A DNA stretch of 64,000 nt, taken from positions 1 through 64,000 of the forward strand of contig CAJFCJ010000036.1 of assembly GCA_904063045.1 (NCBI GenBank), in the 5' to 3' direction. Shown in pieces: positions 25,231 to 39,480 of the stretch. How positions within the stretch are numbered: the first letter of the stretch is position 1; each line of letters opens with the position of its first letter. A program made the position numbers and the translations under genes. This DNA comes from Dimorphilus gyrociliatus (taxonomy: Eukaryota; Animalia; Annelida). The notes beneath the pieces were generated by a model. It did no database searches and was not told the DNA's origin. It was given only the letters and a program-made list of their open reading frames with translations.

Positions 25231-28200
25231 ATGAAAATTATTCAACTGAATGTTAATCTTATATTAAAGATAGTCATCTTTTCATTTTTCAAGTTTCATA
25301 GATGTAACAGTCAAGCAAAGGTAGTAAGATTTTGTCATTTTTGAAATATTTATCCATTTTACATATTTTTTTTTCAAGATTGTAATTAGTAATTTCTTTC
25401 TGAAATATTTAAATATTCACAATAGAACATGTTCAATGACTCATTGTTATGGTACATTATACATAGAAAATAGACAAATCTACAATACAATATCAATTGA
25501 GTCAAGGAAATTTTTGAATATTTTCTGCAAAAAAGCAGGATATGAAAATATCGATGTCGATGCATTTGTCTTTAAAACAAGCAATTCTAACAATGATTAT
25601 AATCCACATAATTTTCATTATGACGTAAATGAAGATAAGGTTTATGAGATGGTAGATTATCCTAAAATATTTCTTCCTATGTATATTAAATGTCCTTTAA
25701 TGAATACAACATGTAAAAACGTTCTTTATTTATCAATTTGAATATTCAAAAGAAAAAACGCTTTTGCAGATTATTACACTGCTTTTGAACAGATATCTAA
25801 CTTGAGTAAATTTATTCCAGTATTTAAAAGATCCAACAACACTTCAAATCCTTATTGTCTACTTCATAAATCAATTGAAAAATGTGATAATATTTTAAAA
25901 TTTTCTAAAAGTTTCTTCCATAAAGATGTTATGAATATTTTTGATTTTAATAATGAAACATTGCCAATCTGTTCTAATGACTTTTGTAAATCTGTGAATA
26001 GGCCTACTAATCAGTTTAAATGGATTAGAAAATGGCCAAATTTTAACGTTTCCTATTACACAAAACCAACAGATAGCGAAATGCTTATTCTGGTTGAATA
26101 TTCAAAACATTCTAATAGATATATACCAGTTATTTTTCAATTTAAAGACAAAGACGTTTTCTATAATAATTTAATAACAGTTTGCAAACATTATTCAAAA
26201 CATTTTATAAAACTTTATCAAGGAGAGAAGACTTTTGAATATTCAAAATTTTGGTCTCTTGAACAAAGTGAAACAATTTCAAAAGTTTTAACTTGTTTAA
26301 ATGTTGAAGAAAACTTGAATGAATGTAGAAAAGTTGAAGAGCAATTTAGATATTATGATCATATGATGCTAAGTGTGAAATGTTTTGATAAACCATTGAA
26401 AGAGTTAAAGAATTCTTCAAGTAATTTCATTGACATTGAAAAACCATTATTTAAAATTCAAATTTGCTTTTCTTTTCTAAGATTTGAAGTTTAGATTAAA
26501 ATCTAATGATGATAACAATTTTCTCGAATCAACAATGTCAATTGGAAATTTGTCTAGTTTTACAGGAAGTTTACAAGTTAAATACGATGGTTATTGGTAT
26601 TATATTTCAAATTTTGATATTGGCCAACACGAATTGAATGTTATTTGTAAATATTTCAATTTTAATAGTGGAACAATTTATAAACAGGAAAAAAATAAAG
26701 AGGATAATGACATTTACATATTTTCAATCAAATGCTCAAAAACTGTTCATAAATTAAATGAATGCAAGATGGAAAACTTTATGGAACTTTGGTTAGATGA
26801 AATAGTTGGATTAAGGGTAGCTTGTTTCAAAAATTTTCATACATGTCAAAAATCAATTAAAGGAGCTACAAAAGTTTTGAATTATTTAAATAGTTGCTAT
26901 TATATTTATAAATTCAATAAAGTAATAAATTATAATGATGGACAACAATTATGCAAAGATAATGGACAGGAATTGATTGGTATATCAAGTCAAGATGAAT
27001 CAAGATTCATTGAAAATAGTCTAATATCTATTTATTTTAATTCTACTAAGAAAACAATGAAAAATTTACTTTCATTTAAAAGAATTTGGAAAATTCCAGT
27101 TGGTTAGTTTAAATTTTACTTTCTTTATAATCATTTTGTTTAATATTAATTAGATAACATTTCCTTACAAAAGGTTTTTCATCAACTACAACCGAAAATA
27201 ATTTTGGTTTGATAAGGAATACAGATAATATTTCTCATAATTTTGTCGGAATGTGGTCAATTCAATATGAATTAGGGCAACAGTAAACATCCAATTTACT
27301 TTGATGTTACAATACTACACCTAAAACCTAAGATAGCTCTCTCTCTCTCCCTCTCTCTCTCTCTTATAACTTAAATAGGCCAACAAACAATTTTCACTTA
27401 CACCTCAAATGTAAAAATATAATTGATTTGTGCGTCTCAATTCAACAGATGTTTATTAAAAAATTCCGAACCCAGAACTGAATGGTATGACGAACCTTGC
27501 ACATATCTAAAGAAATATTTGCACTTGAACTATTATGAATTATTGTCAATAGAATGCAAAAAAATGTTATTCAACTACATTGTTTGCGAAAAGAAAACGG
27601 GTAGCAAAATATTTTCAATTTTTTAAAAGAAAATTAATAAGAGAAGACTGTTACACTAGATTTTTTGGATTTAAGAAAAATTCATAAAGTAAATATCAAG
27701 AAAGTGGTAAAGTTACAACCAATTGTTCAAAGCCGAATTGAATTTTATATGAAAGACTCCAGACTATTTTTTTGTAAATTTTCAAAAGAATTTATAAGTT
27801 ACTATTACAAATGTGATGGAAATTTAGATTGCGCTGATGGTTCAGATGAAGGAAACTGCCCTTTTGATAAATTTTCATTATTTCAATGTGATGGAGTTAA
27901 AAGTATTAGTATTAATTTAATTTGTAATCATATGCAAGATTGTTTAGATGGAAGTGATGAACATAACTGCTGTAAATATCAATAAGATATACATATTATA
28001 TATTCATTATCATCATCATGATCACTCTTTCTTTTTCTTTCCATAGATTTTCCTCCTTGTAAACTTGGGTTTGTATATTGAAATAACGAGTCTTTAAAGG
28101 GACTTTTTTTTCTAAAAAACTACTCTCATTCCAGAGAGAAACAATGTGAAAATCAACAATGTTTACCCAAAGATCTATTTTGTGATACAAAGTTTGATTG

Positions 28201-31200
28201 TTATGATAAAAGTGATGAAAAATTTTGTACCAAATCTGATATTTTTGACAAAGGTATTTAAAAACTAAAGATATATTTTTTTTTATTTAAATATTGTAAA
28301 CTAAACAAAAGATAAAATTGATATATGTGGATCAAAATTAATTTCTAAAAAACAACTATGTGATTTTAAACCTGATTGCATTGGTATGAATGATGAAAAT
28401 TTACCAACATGCAATTGTAAAGTTAATTTTTTTAAAAGTTACTTATCTATTAAAATTTACAAAAACTGAAACTAGCTGAAGAAACTGATTGGGGAAAATC
28501 TAAATGTCATAGTATCTACAATTATGATAAATTTGGAATATCAGTATCTAAATTTCATAGTTTGTATATTTATTCTATTTTTATTCATATTTTCATTGCT
28601 TTTTTTTTTAAAAACAAATAATTAAAGGAGAATTTGAAAAATATTTTTTTGAAAGTAAAACTTATGGTATGTTTCATTCTGTTGTTTTAGGACTATTGAG
28701 TTTATTACAGATTTTAAATTATGTATTTTTTAAACATAACAACCAACTCTTATTAAAATCATTCAGGAATTGTCTGCCATTTATTCTATAGAGGAACTTA
28801 TATACTTCAATTCCCAAGCACAAATCCACCATTTAATATATATAAATCGTGTAACATGAGGAAAAGTTCTTGTTTATATGGATATTATAAATGCGCCGTT
28901 TATGAGTATTGTATATTAAGCGAAAGTATTTGTAATGGAAAAAGTGATTGTATCTTGGGTGATGATGAAATGAATTGTGGTATGTTTTAAAGTAATTCAA
29001 CGACCTTTTCTTTAAAAAAGATCCACTGTCATAGATGATTTACACTTGGAATATTTCTATAAATGCCATAATTCAATAGTTTTTATTCCTCTGCATTTAG
29101 CTCTTATTGAACGTTACAACAATAAATTTATAAACCCTGCAAGTAGAGCTTGCCCAGAGAATGAAAATTTACAATCATGGATGCTTAGATCACATGATCC
29201 CTGTCCAGAAAATTGTATCTGCAATTCCATGTTCTCTATTAACTGTACAAATGATTTTGAAATGATGGCAAAGAAAAACTTTTATTTTTTCAATGCCATA
29301 AAATTATACAATTTGAAAAATCCTTTAGAAAAATCATTGAAATATTTAACAAATAACACAAATTCCAAACTATTTAAACTGTTTATCTATAATTCAAACT
29401 ATTCATTAGCAATCAACTTATCACAATACATAAATCTAAAATTTTTGCATATAGAAAATAATTTAATGTTTACAAAAATTATTAAATATACTTTTCATAA
29501 TTTCAAATATTTACTACATTTGAATTTAAGGAAAAATGAGATAGAAACAATTGATGAGAGATCATTCCATAACCTTCAATTCTTAATTTCTCTTGATTTA
29601 TCTTATAATAAATTCTCTTATCTTTCTAAAGATTTATTCAAATTTTCAAACAATTTGAAAATATTAATTATTGAGCATTTAACTTTGAAATATTTGAAGA
29701 CTAATTCATTTTTCTACTTGAAAAATCTTTATAGATTAGAGATGAATAAAACAAAAATCTCCTCACTAAATAATATAAAATCAAGTATTTTTAAATGGAA
29801 TTCAAATTTAAAAGTGCTAAGAAGTGATTTTAATACATTTTGCTGTTTTGCAAAAATGTTTAGAAAGATGACTCAGTGTCTACCAAAAGAGACAATCTAT
29901 TCATTTTGTGCAGAATTAATTTATTCATATACATTGAAAAGTTGGGTTTTATTGTTTGTTTCTTTTTTTAAAACATATTTACTACCAGTTTTTGTTTTTC
30001 CCTCTATTTTCTCTTCAATTAGTTATAGCTTATATATTAGCAGCTTTTGGCCTATTTAATAATTTTCTATCAATTATTATTCAAATTGTTAAGTTTAAAA
30101 GGCGATCTATGCTGTTCTATCTAATGTTGACATTATCCGATTTCTCATGTAATCTTTATCTGTTGGCAATTTGTATTGTGGATAGGATTTATGGGGAAAA
30201 CTATCAGGAAAACGACTATTACTGGCGGCATAGTAAATTCTGCTTTGTCTTGGGCTTAGTTAGTAGTTCTTCCTGTTTAATATCAATTTTTAGTTTGGTA
30301 TTAATAACTTTTGAAAAGTTTGCTGCAATAAAACAATATGATAAATTTTTGCATTTAAATTACTTATCCATATCTCTTGTAATAGGATTGATATTTGTAT
30401 TTTCAATTGGATTATCCGCCTTCCAATACTTGTATTTTGACGTAAATAGAAATTATTTGAATACCTGATAAATATCCCTAATGAAATATATATATTTTTA
30501 AAGGATTTTTCAGCTAGATATCCATTATGTTTCTCTCTTCATATTACAAATGAGAAAAAAATTGGTTGGATATCGGCCATATGCCTATTTTCAATATTAC
30601 CAACACTAGCTGTCTTTGTAATTCTTATCTTATATATTTTAATTTTTAAACAAGTTATTATATCTAGTAAAATATTATCCTATAATCAAATTACTGAAAG
30701 AATTAGGCAAATGTTTGCAAATGCATTTTTAATAGTTACAACAAACATTTTAACATGGATACCTATTCTTTTAATTAGTAAGAATTTTGCAGTTGTTCTT
30801 GTAGCAATTTTCTCATTTTTTTTAAACTAGGTATCATGGCTGCCTTTGGCAAAAGTCCATTAATAAAAGAAACTTATCAATGGATAATTATCATTATTAT
30901 TCCATTGAATTCATCGTTAAATCCGTTATTTCAAAATTGGTCAAATATACGTCGGCTATGGAGTAAGAGTAAGGCAGTTAAAAGGTTCTTTTTGTAAATG
31001 TAAATTTTCAATTTAAAATCTCGTTTTTTCTCGTTTGTTTAATCAGGCAAAAAATTCAAAAGGAAATGTTAATAACCAGCCGTCTAAGAGGTAAAATATT
31101 GTCACTAGAAATTTGGATCAGGTCTATCCAGTTTTAGTAAAATATAGATATTTAATTGCTACAGTTAAAGATCTATTTGAAAATGCCGCCAAATATGGTC

Positions 31201-31604
31201 TGTTTTTTAAAACTGGTAGAAAACAATACGAAAACTATCAAAACTCTTTAATCAATCATAAAATGATGAATAATTTTTATATAATTTTGAAATTTTCAAG
31301 AAATATTATGTATACAATCAAAAAACTTCATAATTTACATATATCTTTTCATCAATTGAATTTAGAATCTTTAAGATATCAGGTTAGACGAACAAACAAA
31401 AATTGAATTTTCAAGGTTTTGAATTGAATATTTTAGAGAAACGGCGAAAAAATATCATTTGTGATTTATATAAATCCCAAAGAGTTTTTATTAACTTTTC
31501 ACGAGATTAAATATAAAGAAGACATTGAAATTGTTGTCAAATTAATAAAAAACTATGTAAATAGACTATTAAAGTCATCTTTTGACTGGAACTTAAGAAT
31601 ATAA
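25231..31604 (+). CDS. Giant GRL101/LGR-type receptor B: SRCR-like x3, CTLD, LDLa repeats, LRRs, 7TM, pseudokinase-like tail
   Basis: Signal exon MKIIQLNVNLILKIVIFSFF. SRCR (GSLQVKYDGYW...NVICKYFNF), CTLD (NSCYYIY...QLCKDNGQELIGISS), LDLa (CDGNLDCADGSDEGNC), LRRs, WRHSKFC, FEKF, TNILTWIP, LNSSLNP. Tail exons at 31047-31090, 31138-31382 and 31437-31604. Confidence 0.85.
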
Positions 31605-31771
31605 AAGCACAGACTCTCAATCTATGATGTTTGTGTTAATTTTGTTACGTCTTTTTCAAAATAAACAATAATAAAAAACGCACAAAGTTAAAGACAATTA
31701 AATTTTTTTATTAATTAATATTTTTAAAGGCTCGCAGTGAATAATCAATTAAACTTTACCATTTACAATAT

Positions 31772-34700
31772 TCATTTCTTGTGTCTAAAAAAGATTTCTC
31801 TTTGAAGGAATTTTCTTAAAACTAATCCAAAATCTTTAATATTTGATTGAAAATCTCTTTCAGTTTCATATATTATAAATTTACTTGAAATGAAATACTC
31901 TTCTTCCTGCAAAGTATAGATTTTTTTTAAAAAAACAAAAGTATTTGATTATAATTACAATAAAAAAAAATAATTCTTCATCTTTGACCAAATGAACAAC
32001 ATAAGAATTTTTATGACAATAGGCAATAGCTGATGCCAATGATTTCATCAATTTTTGTATACCTATCAAGTCAGATGGTTGTTTATTTTTATCCATTGAA
32101 AATTCTAATAAATTTAACAAGCAGTTTGGTAAAATAAAATTTCTAGCTGCATTATTCATAAATTCTAATTCTAGATAAAAACATGGAAAATTTGAACAGG
32201 AACAAAATCTCTAGCAAACGATATACTTTCTCTTTGGATTTGATTGTTAAAAAGAGCTAGACTTTTATTTCTGAAAAACGAAAATTTTAGCCTATAAAAA
32301 TAAAATGAGGTGAAGAACCTTTTTTGAATTTGTATCGTTTGAAATCTTTTATATTTATTAATGATTTCTGATACTGTATACAATATTGGATTTATAACAG
32401 AATTAACTGGTAGAAGAAAAATTACAATCCAATTATAAACTTCATTTGTCAATTTGACAGTTGTTAGAATTGAAGCAAAACCTATTTTGATATGAAAATT
32501 GATACAATAGAGAAAAAAAAACTTTGGAGAAGGGATTAAGAGATTAGAACCTAATATTGAAATTGGTATCCAACATAATAGATTTGTTGAAACAATAACA
32601 ATTGCGCTAACTTTAACTTTATTGAATTTATATAATTTCGCTCTATTTGTATGAATCATGATACTTTCTTTCAACTTGACAACCATTAGAATGTATAGGA
32701 TCAATGTAGAAATTGAGAATAACATCATCCATACACCATAGATTATAAAAGAGAATATCCAGCCAACTGACCTTTCGCTTCTTACGTAGACAGTAAAACA
32801 TATTGGCATTTGATTGTAATATCTCTATTTATGAATAGAGTTTTTGAATTTATGCAAATGATATCTCTTTTCAACTTACGTCAAAAACGAATAGTGGAAT
32901 TATTGACATTAATATAGATAATGCAACTATGCATATTGCAATTATTGTTGTATTTAATAATGAAAAGAAACGATTTACTGGATAGGCTATAATCAGATAT
33001 CTTTCAATTGTAATAAAGAAGAGACTCAATGTTGAAAGTGATACTGAAAAACTGGATACAGATCCAATAAAAGTACATAGAGCACTTTGTCGCCAATCAA
33101 TATCATTCTCCATATAAACACCTCTATATTTTCTATCAACCGAAGCAATTAACATTACGTAAAGTGATGTAAGCAAATCGGAAAGTGCTAAACAGCAATA
33201 AAACAGCATCGATGTCCTTGAAAAGTGAATAATCCTATAGATTAACGATGAAAAATTACCCAATAAACCAACAATACCAATAATCCATACTAAAATTTGA
33301 AGGTGTTTCGATACTAATAAATCATTACAGGTAGAAAAATTCGATTTTTCAGGTATGCATTTGACATTTTCACCAAATAATTTATTCAAGAGACAACAAA
33401 TTAAAAAGTAATCACTTTCCATAAAACTAAGCTTTTTCAACAATTGAATATTACTTTTAATACCTTTATATGGTAATTTTGAACCCTTAAAATTTATCCT
33501 ATTAACGCTCTTTAATGATTTAAATGCGTCATTTTCAATATCAAATATTTCACAGTTAATTATTGTTAGATCATTCAAGTTTTTCAAATGTTTAAACATT
33601 ACACTACTCAAGTGAAATATCATCATTTTTTCAATATGAATACTAATTAATTGAGAAGGGAACGATACTATTACTAATTCCGTTGTGCTCTTTTTATTCG
33701 TTATATTTTTTAATATTAATATTTGAAGTAGATTCATTTTTTGGATTTTTGAATTTAAATTTATATTTGAATTTGATATGTTAATTAGTATTAAATTTGG
33801 AAAACAATTCAAAATATTTTCTTCAATTACGCTGCTAAACGTTATAGATAGGATAAGAAAATTGTGAAAAATCTTCATATTTGAATTTTTCAAATAGACA
33901 TATTCAAAAATCAATTTTTTATAATAATCACTTTCATAACTACTCAACTCTATTATCGCTCTATCATCATTACCATTTAAATTTTTTTGACAAACTATTG
34001 TAAATTCTCTTTTTAAATGTATACAATTTTTTAAACTTCTACCAATTTTACAATTCATTTCATCACTTCCATCTTCGCAGTCGAGTATTCTATTACAAAC
34101 CTCAAATAATGATATATACACACCGCTTTTACATTTGAAATTCATTTTCAGCGTAAAATTGGCTGTTGGTGAGCGATAATTAGATATTTGTGTGTGTGTG
34201 TGTTATAAATTATGACTGAATTTTCTATTAAACATACCTGAACAGTTGTTTTCATCGTCACCCTTTTCACAATCCCAAATTCCATTACAAACTTTGGTTA
34301 ATTTAACGCATTTCTTACTCCAATAGCATTGATATTCTCCGTAATTACATTTCTTCCTTTTACACATTCCGTCTCTTTGGGGTGTTTTGAACAGAAAAAA
34401 TGGCGTTTTGCAAGAATATGTTTTACTATTTGTACATTCTGTAAAAAACGTTTCAAATAAAGCCAATTTTTCATAAGTGAATGGACGAAGAAATGTGAAA
34501 ACCTCTCTTCAACATTTCAGTACAAAAACTGTAAATACTTGAATCGAATCTTGAACATCTTGAATTGTCAAAACATTGCGTTTCGTTGCGATGGCATAAG
34601 CCATTACAATAGTAATCTTGACAATAGTCTGGAAATTATTTTAAAGAAAGTAGAGCAGAAGAAAAATTCAAATTTTCAAATTATTTTACCTTCACTCCAA

Positions 34701-37700
34701 CCTTCTTCGTCGCTATTATCAAAGCAATGTTGATAATGATCAAATATATCTCTCTTTTCTATGCATTTCTGGTCTTTACATCTTGCAAAAAAGTTTTCAT
34801 TTTAAATATTCAAAAGAAAAGTTGATCTAGTTATCAACCAACCTGATGTTAGTCGGACATTTTTCGCGTTCTTTTACATTTGGACGTTACGTTATAAAAG
34901 ATATTTTGATTGTATCATACTTACCGCAAAATTCGTCTGCTCCAGACAAACAATTTTTCTTATAATCGCAAACAGAGAGAAAGTTAATTGTTTCGATTTT
35001 ACTACAAAAGAACATATGTCGTTCAAACAAACAATTCAATTCATCTTCCCCGCCAATGGGACAATCAATTTCTCCATCGCAAATGTAGATATAATTGATG
35101 AATATCTGAGAAATGACGCAATGGAACATATTGGTGTTATTATTAGAATTTGTCCAAATATTTAAAGATCCCGTTAATGATGTATCAATTTCTATTTAAA
35201 ATTGAATAAATAAGAAAAAGAAAAGAAGAGAAAAATCAATTATTAATCGATAATTACTTAATGATTGCTGACAAAAGAAAAGTTGAAATGTTCTATGACA
35301 ACTAACTTTTTCAATTGTTGAAATTGTTTGCTCTAGTCGATTTGTGTTTAATGCAAAACAATGAATTTCATCTTTTTTGAACAGATAGGTTTTTTCGTTA
35401 AAAGATAACTTTTTGCAGTCGTAAAGGTCGTTTTTAGACAGTAAACTAACTATATTTTCAATATAATCAATAGGATAGAGGGAGGAGGGAGCCGAAGTTG
35501 TATAAGTTTTATTAGAAATTTGGACGAGTCCATTTTCTAATGATAAATAAACACAAGATTTAGGTATTTAATATAGAAATAGATAAGATTAACTTGCGGC
35601 TTGGAACAATGAATTGATCTTGATAAGGATGATGCATTTGGAAAAATCTATAAATTGCTATGTGAATGTGATAAAAAGCAAAGTCAATTATCTCTAAATC
35701 TTTCTCTTTACAAATATTTCGAATGCTTTTTATAGATGTTTTATAATTCTTCGATTCAAACAAATAAAAACATCGATTATCGTAATAAAATGAAGATTTT
35801 GCACCAGTTTTCAATTCCTATTTTTATCCAATAGCATATATTTATAATCATTTGAACATTTTGTTCCAATTATCCCGCCCCCTTCCGCCCACTAAACCAA
35901 TAATTTAGAATTTAAAAGCTTTTTGGATAAAAATAGCAACAGATTTACAAATGTAATCATCCGTATTGTTCACTTTATTTGTTTTGTTCAATTTTGAAAA
36001 TGAAATGAATTTTTAAAGATTTAAAATGGCTTTTTTTTCATAAATTATTTAAATAAACTGTACTTTTGTCTTCTGCAATTGAAAAACACTTTATCCTGGA
36101 ATGTCCTGCAAAGAGAAGGCTTATTAAAGTCTTAGAGAGAGAGAGAGGCATTCACTTCGAGGATTATTGATTTCAAGAGAAGAGTAGAAAATTTCATTCT
36201 TGTCAATACAATCTTTATGTGTTTTTGCATTTGAATTACATTTAAATTTAATTATACGAAAAGTGTTTATGAACTCAAAGTTCAAATCTAAAGTTAATAA
36301 TCCAGTATTAAAACCAAAATATTGGCATAGCACCTTAATTTCTGTATAATTCAAATAAGCAGGGTAAATATTAAAAAAATAATGGTCATATGACATTTGA
36401 ACAACTCCACTTATAGACAAAGATTCTGTTTTATTTTGCCAAAGTCTCATGGAAAAATCTGAAAAGATTAAAAATAAAATTCTTTCTTTCTTCTTCTTCT
36501 TCTTTTTCTAACCTTTTGCATCATGCCTTTCTTCACACCTGAACTTTATAGTGTATATCATGTTAGCTTTTCTTAGGTAGCAATTGTTTGAGTCAACTTT
36601 TCCTTCTATACATTCCAAACCAATGAATTTAGTTGGATCAAATAACACGCAATCTCTCGTCGTTTGTTTCGAGTACAAAACTCTTGCTTCCATTGGTGAA
36701 AAAGTTTTTGATTGCAGGCTGCATATCAAATCAGCTGCTAATTCGGGGGACACAGTGGAAACAAAACTTCTAGGTATATTTCCAAACGTTCTAGAAGCAA
36801 AAGACTCTGGTTGCTTGAAAAAGAAATCAACATTTGAAAGTGATGGTGATAATGCTCATAGAAATCAAATATTTAGACAATTACCTTTGAAAATATATGA
36901 TTTTCTCGATAAAATGACTTTAAACTTAAATCTATTTTTTGAAAAATGGGATTATTGAAGATAATCAACTGTAATTATGATTTTGTTTTTTAACCATGTG
37001 TTTGTTTATAAGTACAAGAAGATGTATTAAATATTGTTTGTCCATAAATGAAACCATAGTGATATTGAACATTTGAAGAAACATCGATTTTCTCTGTAAT
37101 ATAAAATTCAGATTTAGAACAGATCTCCTCAGTTGAACTCTTGTTGTGAAAAATTTGATATAATGAGCCATTTTTTAAAATGGGAATATATCTTATAAAA
37201 TCATTTGTATATGTAAAAATATCTTGAATGTAACGAATTTAAATGAAAATAGTTAGTTTGTAAATATTTCAATTCAAAAACTTACAAACTGCATTGGTTT
37301 TATAACATTTTATACAGACGGCTTCAAATTTTCCGGCATAGACATGAAATATATGACTGAAAAAGAAAATAAATACAAGATGATAAACTTGAATTAAATT
37401 TGGACGGTCGCCATTTGTTTTTACATTTTACAACATTTTTTGCTTCTTTCCAAGGAAAATTTATGCAAAATACCTGAATAGCATTGAATTTACTGAAATA
37501 ATTATAAATGAAAACTGGTAATAACTTAACATACGGAAAGAAACCTTCTTCGGACAAGCTTCATAGTACATGTGTATATTGTTGCATGCTAATATCTCAT
37601 TGCTAAATGCTAGAAGTTGCTTATCGTAGTCTTCACAACCAGTATGCACAAGATATGGTTGTAAGCCCGATCGGGTCAAAATAGCTTTTATAGGACCATA

Positions 37701-37850
37701 GACAAAGGTGCTTGTTTCTTTATAGGTAATAATTTTAAAATGTTTAGGTTGCACCTTGATGGAATACAACTGATGAAATTGACAGTTGATTTTATTCAAA
37801 AGAAACACTGAAATATTGAAGAGGATTATCGCAATATTTTCACTTTTCAT
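31772..37850 (-). CDS. Giant GRL101/LGR-type receptor C: SRCR-like x3, CTLD, LDLa repeats, LRRs, 7TM, pseudokinase-like tail
   Basis: Signal MKSENIAIILFNISVFLL, SRCR and CTLD exons, LDLa (CDGEIDCPIGGEDELNC; CNRILDCEDGSDEMNC), LRRs, WRQSALC, IERY, TNLLCWIP, PVNSVINPILY. Tail exons at 32270-32227, 32170-31959 and 31906-31772. Confidence 0.88.
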
Positions 37851-39319
37851 TTCAATTTTTTCTGACTCTGATAAATTAAATTTGTGAAATATTTAACAAT
37901 TTCATATGTTATTGATATTTTTTGTTAAGCAAAATCTCGGATTTTAAATTAAAAAATTCATTTATTTATTAGTGCTAGTTGGCTGACTGACAGGTGTTTC
38001 ATTCCAATAGAAGTCAAAGATTACCAGATATATTTTCTCTTAATCTTAATTTATTTTTAACATAATAGTGTTTTATTTAATTGTTTTTCTACTTCAATTT
38101 TCCAAAAAAATTTTCATGCGGTTAAAATGTAATATTTGGTCATTTTTGTAAATTTTTAATTGGAAGCTAAAGATAGGAAATCGGGCATTTTTCAGGATTT
38201 TTTCAAGATACAAAAATTTTTTGTTATTAAAAGACTGAAATAAAAAAATTTAATTAGTTGAATATGTTAATTACAAAGAATACACTAAAAACTCTCTTTC
38301 AACTATTCTTTAGCTAAGAAGAACAAAGAGGAGAAAAAAGAAGGAAAGGAAGATGTTTGTACTTTGTTGTATAGTAATTATAGGAATTTCTGGTTTGTCA
38401 CAACTGTAGTCATCCTTTCCAATCATTTACCAATTTACCAAAGTACTGGTCCAATTAGAACCTTTCAAGTTCGTCCACAAATAGTTTAACAAATGTTATT
38501 TTGGTAGAAATGAATCAACAAAACACGAGTATTTCGTCCAAAGAATATGTATTGGATAAAATGAGCTTCTAGTTCTAAACAAGCTAGTTTAAACAACTAG
38601 CTTACCATTATAAAACTGAACTATCAACTGTTAATTTCACAGGGTTTATAAACTCTTTAAAAAAGTGATAGTTGACAAATTTGAATGTTCAAAACAACAA
38701 TAGTAACATTTTAAGACAAAGAAAAGTTCTAAATATGGTCATGTATTTTATTGTTTTCCTCTTTTAAATAATAGTTGAATTTCTCAGGTTGGAGAGTTGC
38801 ATAAGATGTAACAATTTGAATAGGACAAGTCCAACAATGAAGAAAACATGTGGATTGTATACTTGACCATTTTTATATTCTACTTTAATAATGATATTCA
38901 ATTGATTGAGTTAGTAAATTTAGCATCAGTATATAAGGAGGAATTATATCTGATTAATACTGTTGAATAGTGAATATAATCTAAGCTTAGAATTTAAGCA
39001 TAATTCATATTTAATTGAACTGCTGTTAGTTCAAAATCATAACTTTATAGATTAATAAATTATAATATTAATGCTAGGTTGGAAATATAGCAATATTCTG
39101 TCTGTAATTTAATAGGTTTTTTTGCCTCACATTGTATATGCACTGCCCTACACAAAACTAGGTCAATACTGCTTATCTTTATGAGTGTTATTTGTGTACT
39201 ACAATACTGGTTCAATACTACTTATCTATTTTGTAGAGTATAGCTGACAAATGTATGTTTACAATGTTACAATTTTTAACAACAAAAATACCTTTAAAAG
39301 TATCAGTTATATTCTAATA

Positions 39320-39480
39320 AAAATAGTAACAGGAGATGAATCTTGAGTTCATCTCTATGATCCTGAATCAAAGAGTTCTTCCCTAACCTACAAACACACA
39401 TCATTTCCACCTGCAAAAAAAAGGTAAACATGACTCAATCAGCTGAAAAACTGATGTATACAGTTTTCTGGGACTGTTCA
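39320..39480 (+). mobile_element. mariner transposase relic
   Basis: KIVTGDES*VHLYDPESK...SAEKLMYTVFWD matches the mariner IVTGDE(S)W.H.Y.PE.K and SAGKVM.TVFWD motifs, with a stop and a frameshift. Confidence 0.8.

Noticed and set aside
31113-31406. ORF as an independent gene (first looked ZYG11-like)
   Set aside because: It splices in frame to receptor B through a 44-nt exon with intron phases conserved in A and C.
31800-31830. DFG in NIKDFGLVL as an active kinase Mg-binding motif
   Set aside because: Its position and context (SNIKDFGLVL versus SDVWSFGVVL; DIG in paralog A) fit subdomain IX. No HRD or VAIK is present, so activity is unsupported.
32160-32185. Apparent frameshift or stop at the end of receptor C ORF 32171
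   Set aside because: The stop lies inside a 56-nt GT-AG intron (32226-32171); splicing keeps the frame.
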